Shown: positions 17,369 through 27,193, counted from the stretch's first letter. The stretch: DNA of 55,965 nt from a virus (IMGVR_UViG_3300012952_004103:1-55965), one strand, 5' to 3'. Program-made: numbers and translations. Notes: generated by a model from the letters alone, not told the origin.

Positions 17369-17941
17369 ATGAGTAGGCCACTTTTTATTTTTGACTTTGA
17401 TGATACACTGGTTTTTTCCGGTGCAGTTGTGCATGTTGTGCATGCAGATGGAACAGAGAGTCATTTAGAGAGCCACGAGTTCGCTACATATGTTGAACAG
17501 CCCGGGGACGAATTTGACTTCTCAGAATTTGATACATACCCACCGGCCGGCAGAGTAATTAATAAATCTTTTAATGCTTTGAAGCAAGCAATTACTTCTC
17601 ATGGTGCCGCAAACGTTGTTGTACTTAGTGCCCGTGGTAAAAGCGGACCTATGAAACAGTTTTTAGAAGATAGCGGATTGACAGATAATATAGAAATTGT
17701 AGGAGTGGCTAGCGCAAACCCACAAGATAAAGCAAGGTTTGTTGATAATAAGCTTAAGTCAAATGATTATACAGAGGTTATTATTCATGAAGACTCCATG
17801 GCTAATATTCAAGCTATCGGAAAGATGATCTCAAAAAATCATGCACATGTAAAATATACATCCCACCATGTGCAGGCAGAATCATTATTAAGAAAAACAA
17901 TACACAATTTACTAAAAGAAATTACCTTTTGTCGCAAGTAA
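17369..17941 (+). CDS. HAD-superfamily phosphatase
   Basis: Motif I FDFDDTL, motif II LSAR, a Lys in QDK and motif IV HEDS..NI. Confidence 0.85.
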   Translation: MSRPLFIFDFDDTLVFSGAVVHVVHADGTESHLESHEFATYVEQPGDEFDFSEFDTYPPAGRVINKSFNALKQAITSHGAANVVVLSARGKSGPMKQFLEDSGLTDNIEIVGVASANPQDKARFVDNKLKSNDYTEVIIHEDSMANIQAIGKMISKNHAHVKYTSHHVQAESLLRKTIHNLLKEITFCRK

Positions 17942-17993
17942 GATAAGCTTATATAGTTTTATGTGATACTTAATAACATGAAAAGGATGTAGC

Positions 17994-18638
17994 ATGTCGC
18001 CGGCAAAAAGAGCACTCAAAAAATATATCTTAGAAATTTGTGGGTGGAAAGATGCCGACCAGATACTATCCACTGCTGAACTAGCACATACCGGGCAGAC
18101 CAGAAGATCAGGTGAGCCATATATCGAGCACCCTATTGCGGTTGCAAATATCATCAGCAAATATTATCCTGGAGAGCGGCTACTTTGTACAGCCGCTCTT
18201 TTACATGATACGCTTGAAGATGCAGTTGCGAATGGAAACTTTAAAGATGAAGAAGAGCTAGTTGATACAATAAAGAGCTCTTATAGAAATCCTGAAGAAG
18301 GTATGCAGGTCTTATCCATTGTATACGCACTAACACATGAAAAGGGTGGAGATTACACTAGCTACATGTTGCAGCTGGCATCAAATGTTGATGCACTTAA
18401 AATAAAACTAGCTGATATGCTGCACAATATGTCAACTAGCCCAACACCCGGGCAGGCATTAAAATACCGTACTGCTTTTGATGCATTATCAAAGGGCACC
18501 GGTGGGCCACCACAAGGAATTAATCCTGAACATTGGAATGAACTAGTTCATATTATCGATAGCACACTGGATGGTGATGAGCTAGTTAAAGAGTATGTAA
18601 AAGAATATACGGCTACTTTAACTAATCCACGGAAATAA
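17994..18638 (+). CDS. RelA/SpoT-type HD hydrolase (small alarmone hydrolase / Mesh1-like)
   Basis: AHTGQTRRSGEPYIEHPIAVA, AALLHDTLED and IKLADMLHNM. No synthetase domain. Confidence 0.9.
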   Translation: MSPAKRALKKYILEICGWKDADQILSTAELAHTGQTRRSGEPYIEHPIAVANIISKYYPGERLLCTAALLHDTLEDAVANGNFKDEEELVDTIKSSYRNPEEGMQVLSIVYALTHEKGGDYTSYMLQLASNVDALKIKLADMLHNMSTSPTPGQALKYRTAFDALSKGTGGPPQGINPEHWNELVHIIDSTLDGDELVKEYVKEYTATLTNPRK

Positions 18639-18644
18639 TTAGTT

Positions 18645-19097
18645 ATGTCTTTAGAGATATTGAGGGAATATATCAATATGGTTATAGCAAATCCAATTCC
18701 GGCCGGAGCCGGCATCATTGTTGTTAGGTCATTTCCTAATGGGCTTAAAGTGCTAGCGCTCCAAAAACACAATGGGGTATATGATATCCCCAAAGGTGCA
18801 ATCGACGAAAATGAGTTTCCGCTAGAAGCAGCACTTAGAGAAACAGAGGAAGAAGCTAGTATAACTCAACTAGACTTTAAATGGGGATTAATCCACATTG
18901 TCAATTCCGAGTTAACATGTTACGTAGCCCAAACAGATCAAGATCCTCGGATTAAGAGAAATCCTCACTCAGGAATAATTGAACATTCTGCCGCTTTATG
19001 GTTAGATTGGAATAGTATATTGTCAAATACTGACTCATATCTGGTACCTTGCTTAACGTGGGCGAAAGGGGTTATCGAAAATGGCAAACATCCTTAG
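18645..19097 (+). CDS. NUDIX hydrolase (Ap4A hydrolase-like)
   Basis: AGIIV, Nudix box PKGAIDENEFPLEAALRETEEEASI, and EH...W. Confidence 0.88.
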   Translation: MSLEILREYINMVIANPIPAGAGIIVVRSFPNGLKVLALQKHNGVYDIPKGAIDENEFPLEAALRETEEEASITQLDFKWGLIHIVNSELTCYVAQTDQDPRIKRNPHSGIIEHSAALWLDWNSILSNTDSYLVPCLTWAKGVIENGKHP

Positions 19098-20370
19098 GGC
19101 CCTTATAAAAGAAATATTAGTAGAAGGATCCGGCACTAGCATTTCCGACAACCAAGTTAATGCTGCCGTTGACTTAATATCTGATCTTATATCAAATACT
19201 TCTCAATTTAGAGGTAAAGTATACATTGCCGGTGGTGCTGTACGTGATGAGCTCATGGGAAAAACTAGCCATGATATTGATATTGTAGTTGCAAAAAAGA
19301 ATGGTGGTATTGAGCTAGCACAATGGCTGTACCAAAAACTCAGACTTAAACATAGGCCGGTGACTTACCCTAAGTTTGGTACCGCAATGCTTAGTTTAGA
19401 CGGGGTAGTGCACGATGGCGTTGAGCTCGACGGGGTAGAAATTGAAATGGTCCAAACCCGTGCGGAAAAGTATGATCCCAATTCTAGAAAACCAGAAACC
19501 ACATATGGAACTATAGAGCAAGATGTTGAAAGAAGAGATCTAACAATTAATTCACTGCTAAAAGATCTTACAACAGGAAAAATTTTAGACTTAACCGGCA
19601 AAGGGATTCAGGACATTAAGGACGGTACCATCCGTACACCTATGGATCCAAATGAAACGTTTGATGATGACCCCCTAAGGATATTAAGGGCCATCCGATT
19701 TACTAGTCGGTATGACTATAATATGACAGAAGAAATCATGGAGGCTATAACAGAAAATGCTGAGAGGCTGACTATTATTTCTAAAGAACGAATCCGCGAT
19801 GAGCTAACGAAGATCTTGACAGGAGACAATCCCGAACAGGGAGTAAAACTGTTGGTTGATCTTGGCTTGATCCAATACGTCGTACCTCAACTAGTGGGGA
19901 AAGAGCAAGAGCTACTTAAACTAAAATTTACAACTGATGTTATAGCATCAATGTCGCTAATGTTATCCCTAACAAATGATCAGACTATGAGTGCAGCTAA
20001 GGCACTAAGATTTTCGAATGAAGAATCAAAGCAAATTGTAGCTTTAGCCAACTTCCGGAATCAAATGATTAATGATGACTCAAACAAAAATATCCTTAAA
20101 TCATCTCTACCGGTATTCTCAAGTGGGGGCGACAATTATTTAGATGATGTTATTTTTGATTTACCGGCTAGAAAAAAGCTAGCTTCTCTTGAAGAATTTA
20201 TAGGCCTTGAACCGACCCTGTTTTTTACAGGAGGCGATTTACTTAAATCATTTGATCTTAAACCCGGCCCACAAATAGGGGAACTAGTTAAGTTGCAACA
20301 AGATCTATGGTATGAAAACCCATCAATTACAAAGGAAGAAGTCCGTGCAAAAATTCAGAATTATTTGTAA
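19081..20370 (+). CDS. CCA-adding tRNA nucleotidyltransferase / poly(A) polymerase family (class II)
   Basis: GGAVRD...DIDI, RAEKY, DVERRDLTIN, DDPLRILRAIRF, SKERIRDEL and PGPQIG. Confidence 0.92.
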   Translation: MANILRALIKEILVEGSGTSISDNQVNAAVDLISDLISNTSQFRGKVYIAGGAVRDELMGKTSHDIDIVVAKKNGGIELAQWLYQKLRLKHRPVTYPKFGTAMLSLDGVVHDGVELDGVEIEMVQTRAEKYDPNSRKPETTYGTIEQDVERRDLTINSLLKDLTTGKILDLTGKGIQDIKDGTIRTPMDPNETFDDDPLRILRAIRFTSRYDYNMTEEIMEAITENAERLTIISKERIRDELTKILTGDNPEQGVKLLVDLGLIQYVVPQLVGKEQELLKLKFTTDVIASMSLMLSLTNDQTMSAAKALRFSNEESKQIVALANFRNQMINDDSNKNILKSSLPVFSSGGDNYLDDVIFDLPARKKLASLEEFIGLEPTLFFTGGDLLKSFDLKPGPQIGELVKLQQDLWYENPSITKEEVRAKIQNYL

Positions 20371-20423
20371 TAGTTACCATCAACTATACATTCAACACAA
20401 AACAGACAATATTTAATATAGCT

Positions 20424-21608
20424 ATGTCTATTTTCAAAGAACATAAAACGTCCGCGGACCGCTCAGCTACCGACAGAAGACGCCATAAAGAGAAGATTGA
20501 AAAAGCAATCCGTGAAGGAATTCATCACGTAGTAGCTGACGAAAGTATTATTGGGCAGGATGGCAAAAAGAAAATTCGTATTCCGGTACGTGGAATTAAA
20601 GAATACCGGTTCATATACGGAGAAAATGAAAATAATAAAAAGGTTGGATCTGCACCAGGAAAGAATATTGCCCGGGGTCAACAGATTGGGAAAGCAGAGA
20701 AGCAGCGTAAGCCTGGCCAGGGTGACCAAGCCGGAAATGAGAAGGGTGTTGAGTACTATGATGTGGAAATTACACTTGAAGAATTAGCTGCTTATCTATT
20801 TGATTCTCTAGAGCTTCCAGACTTAGAAAGAAAACATATCCAAAAGATCTTTGAAAAGAAAATGCAAAGACATGGATACCGGAGCGACGGAATCAGGCCT
20901 CGACTCGATAAAAAGCAGACAATTAAAAAGAAGCTTAAGCGTAAAGCAGCTGCCAAGCGGGTCGGGACACATGATGGTGATGAAGAAGAAAGATTCCCAT
21001 TTCACCATGATGACTTAAGATATCGACACATTAAGCCGGTCATGAAAACGACCAGCGCAGCGGTTATCTTTTTTATGATGGACATCTCTGGTTCAATGGG
21101 GAAAGAAAAGAAATATCTTGCTAGAAGCTTTTTCTTTCTATTATACCAATTTGTTAGACACAGATATGAGAATGTCGAAGTAGTATTTGTTGCGCATGAT
21201 ACTGTGGCGTATGAAGTCAATGAGCAGCAGTTTTTTACCCGTGGGCAAGGTGGAGGTACAATTGTATCATCCGGACTAGAGATGGTTCTAGATATTATAG
21301 AAAAGCGTTTCCACCCCAACAGCTGGAACATATATTCTTTCCACTGCTCAGATGGTGATAACTGGCCAAGCGATATGGATAAGTCTATTAACCTAAGTGA
21401 AAAACTTAAAGACTTAAGCCAACTATACAGTTATTGTCAGATAGTTCCGGAAGATGATCGAATTAGGTGGGCTCGGGATGATGAAAGTACTTTAGCAGGG
21501 GCGTATAGCCACCTTGAAGATTCTTCTTTTAAGGTCGTAAAAATACATTCCCCAAGTGATATATGGCCAGCGTTTAAGAGATTATTTGGAGGTAAACTAG
21601 GTGTCTGA
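20424..21608 (+). CDS. yeaH: YeaH/YhbH (DUF444) vWA-domain protein
   Basis: DRRRH start, FMMDISGSM MIDAS-like motif, GGGTIVSS, HCSDGDNW. Confidence 0.9.
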   Translation: MSIFKEHKTSADRSATDRRRHKEKIEKAIREGIHHVVADESIIGQDGKKKIRIPVRGIKEYRFIYGENENNKKVGSAPGKNIARGQQIGKAEKQRKPGQGDQAGNEKGVEYYDVEITLEELAAYLFDSLELPDLERKHIQKIFEKKMQRHGYRSDGIRPRLDKKQTIKKKLKRKAAAKRVGTHDGDEEERFPFHHDDLRYRHIKPVMKTTSAAVIFFMMDISGSMGKEKKYLARSFFFLLYQFVRHRYENVEVVFVAHDTVAYEVNEQQFFTRGQGGGTIVSSGLEMVLDIIEKRFHPNSWNIYSFHCSDGDNWPSDMDKSINLSEKLKDLSQLYSYCQIVPEDDRIRWARDDESTLAGAYSHLEDSSFKVVKIHSPSDIWPAFKRLFGGKLGV

Positions 21609-22908
21609 TTGGAACTTAAAACTACTTGAAGAGTGGGATGAAAGAATTATGGAGCTAGCCAAGGGACATGGACTTGACTGGCATCCTATTGTTTATGAGA
21701 CATGCGATTACTATGAAATGATAGGGCATATGTCCTACCATGGGCTACCTTCTCATTACTGCCATTGGTCATATGGCAAAACGTTCGAAAGGACACACCA
21801 GCTATATAATGCCGGTGTCGAAGGGCTGCCCTACGAATTAATCATCAATGCTAATCCTTCAATTGCATATCTAATGCGAGAAAATCCTGCATATCTACAG
21901 GTTTTAATTATGTGCCATTGTTGTGGCCACTCTGATTTCTTTAAGAACAATCGGATGTTTGCTCACACCCATCCAGACACCGTAACCAGAAGGTTTCGGA
22001 ATGCTAGAAATAGAATTCAGGGATACATTGAAGATCCGAGTATCGGAATGGAAAAAGTAGAACGAATCTTAGATGCAGCGCATGCAATAAAATACCAGAT
22101 CAATCGTCATCATATGACAAGGTTATCTCATGAAGAGCTTAAAGAAGAATATACTCAAAAGATAAAAAATGATAAGACGGGTGAGTACAAAGATTTTGAT
22201 ATTGAGAAGATTCCTCTAGAGCCAGAATATGATATGCTAGACTTTATTGTTAAGCATGCACGAGTGCTTAAAGATTGGGAACGAGACTTAATCGAGATTG
22301 TAAGAGCAGAGTCAATTTATTTTATGCCTCAAATTCAAACAAAAATTATGAATGAAGGGTGGGCATCATATTGGCATTATCGTCTTATGCACGAACTCGA
22401 GTTACCACAAAAATACCATATTCCATTTTTGAAAAGTCATAACCAGGTAATTAGGCCACACCTTGGAGCAGTTAATCCATACCATCTTGGATTTCACTTA
22501 TTTAAGAAAATTGAAGAAAGACATGGATTAGATAGATGCTTCATGGCACGTGAAATTTCGCATGATCAATCATTTCTCAGAGAATACTTACTAGAAGAAG
22601 ATTGTTATGACTTAAACTTATTTGCTTTCTCTAAAAAAAGAGGGGGCTACTCAATTGATGAGATTTCAGACCCCAACGGGTGGAAATTAGTAAAAGAAGA
22701 CCTTATCAATCAAGTGGGAGATGGTACAATACCTAAGATATATGTCGATAATATCGATAGTGGGAATATTTTAGTGGTGAAACATGAACATGATGGAAGA
22801 GATTTAGAGCTAAACTATGCGGATGAAGTTGTGAAACACGTACAAACTCTATGGGGAGACCCAGTTAAGTTATTAACAGTCGTAGAAGAAGAGCCTTGGG
22901 AAATTTAA
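21601..22908 (+). CDS. spoVR: SpoVR/YcgB family protein
   Basis: HWSYGKTF, YELIIN, H..GHSDFFKNN, TKIMNEGWASYWH and NPYHLGF. Confidence 0.92.
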   Translation: MSDWNLKLLEEWDERIMELAKGHGLDWHPIVYETCDYYEMIGHMSYHGLPSHYCHWSYGKTFERTHQLYNAGVEGLPYELIINANPSIAYLMRENPAYLQVLIMCHCCGHSDFFKNNRMFAHTHPDTVTRRFRNARNRIQGYIEDPSIGMEKVERILDAAHAIKYQINRHHMTRLSHEELKEEYTQKIKNDKTGEYKDFDIEKIPLEPEYDMLDFIVKHARVLKDWERDLIEIVRAESIYFMPQIQTKIMNEGWASYWHYRLMHELELPQKYHIPFLKSHNQVIRPHLGAVNPYHLGFHLFKKIEERHGLDRCFMAREISHDQSFLREYLLEEDCYDLNLFAFSKKRGGYSIDEISDPNGWKLVKEDLINQVGDGTIPKIYVDNIDSGNILVVKHEHDGRDLELNYADEVVKHVQTLWGDPVKLLTVVEEEPWEI

Positions 22909-22950
22909 GCTTGGGTTTGATTATGAATTTTAAGGTACAGGATAATAAAA

Positions 22951-24885
22951 ATGGCTAGAAAAAAGAAGACAAATTTTTTGGAACTAATTGAAGGGCAACG
23001 CCAAACTTCCAAAAGAGAAAAGTTTAATGGAACATTTCTGGAGTATCTTGAATTAGTTCAAGAAAACCCAGATATTGCTAAGTTAGCCCATAAAAGATTA
23101 TGTGACGCAATTGAATCACATGGAATTTCTGAAATGGGTGATGAAGACTCAAGAAAGCATAAGCTGTTTGAGGGAAACAACGTAAAGTTATTTGACTATT
23201 TCCAAGGTGAATTTTTTGGAATGGAGAAGGTTATCTCAAAAGTTATGAGATTCCTTAAATCAGCTTCTCTTAAGGGTGAAGAAAGTCGGCAGGTTTTATT
23301 ATTGATGGGCCCAGTAGGAGCAGGTAAGAGTGCATTAACTGAGCATATCAAGCGGGCGCTGGAGGGGGAACCATATTTCCACCTTAAGGGAGACCCACAG
23401 AGGGGTGAGCCGTTACAGTTGGTACCAAGAAGCCTTCGAGATAAATTTGAGAAAGCGCTGGATATTCGTATTGAAGGTGATATTAGCCCTGTAGCTAGGC
23501 ACCACCTATTAGACAAGTATGAAGGAAAGTATGAATCGTTTCCTGTAGTTGAATCAACATTTTCTCAACGAGCTCGACGAGGCGTTGCCGCCGTCCCTCC
23601 TATGGATGCAAATAGCCAAGACACTAGCGTACTTATTGGATCAGAAGATATTTCTAAACTGGACCTGTACCCAGAAGATGATCCACGTGTACTCTCACTT
23701 AATGGTGCATTCAATGTTGGTAACCGCGGAATCGTAGAGTTTATCGAGCTCTTTAAGAATGAAATTGAATTCTTACATACAATCATTACAGCAACTCAGG
23801 AAAAAAGAGTTCCATCGCCTGGCCGGAGTGATATGATTCACTTTGACGGTGTTATTTTAGCACACTGTAATGAGGCAGAGTGGAATCGATTTAGATCACA
23901 GCATACCAATGAAGCTATCCTGGACCGTGTGGTGAAAGTTAACGTCCCCTATGTTTTAGAGCTTGATCAGGAAGCCAAGATTTATGAAAAGCAATTAAGC
24001 AGATCAGACTTTAAGGCACATATTGCACCCCACACAATTAAAGTCGCTTCAATGTTTTCAGTAATGAGCCGACTTAAGCCATCTCAAAAGTGTGACATCC
24101 TTACCAAGATGAAGATCTATAATGGTGAAGACGTAATTGAGAAAGGCCGGGTGAAGAAAATTGACATTAAAGATCTTCGCGAGGAATCTCGAGATGAAGG
24201 AATGACTGGCATCTCAACTCGATTTATCATGAAGGGTATCGATAATGCTCTTACTGATGCAGAGAAAGACTTGATTACCCCAGTTTCAATTATGTCATCT
24301 CTCACAAAGCAGGTAAAAGAGCAACTTATTGATGAGGAATTTCGTACATATTGTCTAGAACTACTTAAGGTTGTAAGAGAAGAATACCTTCGGATCCTAG
24401 AAACAGAAATTGCTAAGGCTTTTATTACTGCATATGAAGAGCAAGCACAATCATTATTTGACAATTACTTAGACAATGCCGAGGCATATACCACTAGACA
24501 AAAAATCAAAGATCGTATTACCAAAGAGCAACGTGAACCAGATGAAGATTTCATGAGGGTTATTGAAGAACAAATTGGTATCGTAGGATCTTCCCGCGAT
24601 GGGTTTAGATCTGATGTCACTGCATATATGTTTGCTAAGCTTCGAAGAGGCGAAACAGTTAACTATCAAAGTTATGAGCCCCTTAAGGAGGCCGTTGAGG
24701 GTTACCTAATCGGATCTGTAAAGGATATGGCAAGGATTGTAACTAAGTCGAAAACGCGTGATGATGACCAGCAAAAGAAATATAGCGAAATGGTTGAGGT
24801 AATGATGGAAGAGTACGGATATAATGAAGACTCTGCCGAAGAAATTTTGACTTTTGCTAGCAATAATCTTTGGCGTGACAGCTAA
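22951..24885 (+). CDS. prkA: PrkA/YeaG AAA+ serine protein kinase family
   Basis: LMGPVGAGKS, GAFNVGNRGIVEFIELFK, NEAILDR, IAPHT and GMTGISTRF. Confidence 0.93.
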   Translation: MARKKKTNFLELIEGQRQTSKREKFNGTFLEYLELVQENPDIAKLAHKRLCDAIESHGISEMGDEDSRKHKLFEGNNVKLFDYFQGEFFGMEKVISKVMRFLKSASLKGEESRQVLLLMGPVGAGKSALTEHIKRALEGEPYFHLKGDPQRGEPLQLVPRSLRDKFEKALDIRIEGDISPVARHHLLDKYEGKYESFPVVESTFSQRARRGVAAVPPMDANSQDTSVLIGSEDISKLDLYPEDDPRVLSLNGAFNVGNRGIVEFIELFKNEIEFLHTIITATQEKRVPSPGRSDMIHFDGVILAHCNEAEWNRFRSQHTNEAILDRVVKVNVPYVLELDQEAKIYEKQLSRSDFKAHIAPHTIKVASMFSVMSRLKPSQKCDILTKMKIYNGEDVIEKGRVKKIDIKDLREESRDEGMTGISTRFIMKGIDNALTDAEKDLITPVSIMSSLTKQVKEQLIDEEFRTYCLELLKVVREEYLRILETEIAKAFITAYEEQAQSLFDNYLDNAEAYTTRQKIKDRITKEQREPDEDFMRVIEEQIGIVGSSRDGFRSDVTAYMFAKLRRGETVNYQSYEPLKEAVEGYLIGSVKDMARIVTKSKTRDDDQQKKYSEMVEVMMEEYGYNEDSAEEILTFASNNLWRDS

Positions 24886-24942
24886 ACACTTCTGATTTTC
24901 AGTGTACCATAATTCTAGACTTTGTCAGAATAGAGGTGTCAC

Positions 24943-25284
24943 ATGAAAAATATATTTCCAGGTCTATCAATTATTTGCGGTACCGCACTACTAATTGCAG
25001 GTAGCGTTACGTCTGGTATTGTATTTGCATCATTGGGTTTTCTTGGTGCTATTATGGGAGCTGCTTTAAGGCATCAGCAAGAGCAAGAGGCCCTTAAAGT
25101 AATGAGAGAATTTACAACAACCCTACAAAATACTTCGGCTTCGAACAAAGATGTTGAAGAAATGAGGCAGGCCCTTACACATTTAGGCGGCGCATTAGGA
25201 GAAATTTGGGGAGCGCTGGTTTCTCCAGATACAAAGGATCCATGGGGCGGCCATAATGGTGGTGGTGGCAATGGAGTCCACTAA
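24943..25284 (+). CDS. Hypothetical membrane protein
   Basis: GAGGTG SD and two N-terminal hydrophobic segments. Confidence 0.65.
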   Translation: MKNIFPGLSIICGTALLIAGSVTSGIVFASLGFLGAIMGAALRHQQEQEALKVMREFTTTLQNTSASNKDVEEMRQALTHLGGALGEIWGALVSPDTKDPWGGHNGGGGNGVH

Positions 25285-26665
25285 TCCATTTATTAGATTT
25301 AAGAGTGGATCGGCTGCAGCCCATGAAGTATTAGCATTTATTACAGAAATCGAAGATGATATTACTGCAGCTTTGTCCGGTACTCTTGAACTTCAAGACG
25401 GCAGCAATTATAACAAACTGACTGCAGCGGATATCCGCCTCGCTCTGTTCGCGCGAGCACGCGCGCGCGGGGGAGTGTCTTTCTGCATAAGAAATATGCT
25501 ATTAGAATCCGTAATAAACTTGGAAAAAACCTCAGGTTTTGCCGGGTTGATTGCTATGTTATCATGTACTCAATTACTTAAGCATAAATTACATGAAATC
25601 ATGGTTGGAAAAACAGACACATCTATAGATTTAGATGATGATATACGCTTGCTCTCTAACCTGTCCAGGAGGACATCTAAGGACATAGCATTTAAGTCCA
25701 TAAGGAAATATATTAGAAACCCCCTATCCTCTTCTATCATCCTCCAAGCATGCAATATGACAGGACATAATGGCCAACTATATATTGACAAGGATTATAC
25801 ATCATCAACTAGTGTAGAATTAACCAGCGGCTATACATTCCCCCTTTCAGCAGAGAAAAATTTTGCTGCTAGCACAAAACTAAAAGAGTGGAAAGAATAT
25901 CATCCAAAAATCTTAATAATTGATGGGATTATAGAGACCGTTGGAGAGATCAATAGAGTCTTAGAGTATTTTCATAATGAAAAAAGGCCAGGGGTAATAT
26001 TCGCCCGAGGGTTTAATGATGAAGTACTCGGAACATTAGCTGTTAATAAAAGTCGCGAAACGCTAAATGTAATACCAGTTGTTGTACCATATGATCTTAA
26101 CGGGATTAATATGCTAGTCGACTTAGCAGTTGTTTGTGGGACGGATGTTGTTTCATCGCTTAAGGGTGATGTAATTTCTGGAATTGAACCAGCAGATATT
26201 GTAACTGTTGATAAGATTGTCATTAATAATAGTGTGATTATATCAAACGAAAAAACAACTCATGATGTGAAAAGACATATCAACAACATCATTGATCAAA
26301 AACAAAATACTAGCGTTAGAGACAAAAAAGATTTATTAGACAAAAGAACTAAAGCCTTAAGCTCGGTATGTACAAACATCAAGCTAGCAAGTAATCTTAA
26401 TAATAAAGAGGCGATATATTTGCAAATTCAACATGGGATTAATATGCTAAAACATATCTGTAGATACGGGGTGGTTAACTCAGTTGATGCAATCTTACAT
26501 GTAAAAAACCCGGGAGTTATAACCATGCTACAGACACTAATTGATAATGAGTTTCAATTTTTATCTGCAAGAGAATTAGCATTAGGACTAAAAACTGGAG
26601 AATCGTTAGCTAACAGCATTTTATCTTCGTCTGCATATCTAATATTAGATACTGATGATGGGTAA
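25271..26665 (+). CDS. Divergent GroEL/Cpn60-like chaperonin
   Basis: Apical-like segment PKILIIDGII...VIFARGFNDEVLGTLAVNK...LVDLAVVCG and D.LDKR..AL. The GDGTT motif is not recognisable. Confidence 0.7.
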   Translation: MESTNPFIRFKSGSAAAHEVLAFITEIEDDITAALSGTLELQDGSNYNKLTAADIRLALFARARARGGVSFCIRNMLLESVINLEKTSGFAGLIAMLSCTQLLKHKLHEIMVGKTDTSIDLDDDIRLLSNLSRRTSKDIAFKSIRKYIRNPLSSSIILQACNMTGHNGQLYIDKDYTSSTSVELTSGYTFPLSAEKNFAASTKLKEWKEYHPKILIIDGIIETVGEINRVLEYFHNEKRPGVIFARGFNDEVLGTLAVNKSRETLNVIPVVVPYDLNGINMLVDLAVVCGTDVVSSLKGDVISGIEPADIVTVDKIVINNSVIISNEKTTHDVKRHINNIIDQKQNTSVRDKKDLLDKRTKALSSVCTNIKLASNLNNKEAIYLQIQHGINMLKHICRYGVVNSVDAILHVKNPGVITMLQTLIDNEFQFLSARELALGLKTGESLANSILSSSAYLILDTDDG

Positions 26666-26667
26666 TT

Positions 26668-27135
26668 ATGAACTGGAATACTGCAGCGTGGTTTGATGGA
26701 TCTGGAAATTGTCAAACTTTCAAACAAGTTTTAGACAGCGTCATCAAGCATAATAAAAGTTATGAGATTCATATTGGATCCGACTCCCAACCCCTTAAAG
26801 ACTCCGTTGTCTTTGCGGTGACTGTATGCCTATACCGGCCGGGGTGGGGGGCATTTTATTTTGTTACTAGAAAAAAAGTATCATCCAAACGTTACACCAA
26901 CCTTGGTGTCCGGCTGCAACATGAGTCAGAGCTAGCAATATCCCTTGCAGATTTAATCCGAAGTGAGACTGGGTTAGATTCAATTACTGTACATGCAGAT
27001 GTTAGTCCCAACCCTATCAACAAAAGCTTTAAGTACTCAGGCAAAATTAAAAATTTTATAACATCGATGGGGTTTCGGTGTATGATTAAACCTGAGTCGT
27101 GGGCAGCATGGGTAGCGGATAAACATGCGAAATAG
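26668..27135 (+). CDS. RNase H-like protein, YkuK/DUF458 family
   Basis: IHIGSDSQ, RLQHE..LAI, VHADV and IKPESWAA..AD. Confidence 0.8.
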   Translation: MNWNTAAWFDGSGNCQTFKQVLDSVIKHNKSYEIHIGSDSQPLKDSVVFAVTVCLYRPGWGAFYFVTRKKVSSKRYTNLGVRLQHESELAISLADLIRSETGLDSITVHADVSPNPINKSFKYSGKIKNFITSMGFRCMIKPESWAAWVADKHAK

Positions 27136-27193
27136 CTAACTTTGGTTTACTATAGCTCATGTCGATATACTTTAATAAGGCAAGGAGTTTATT

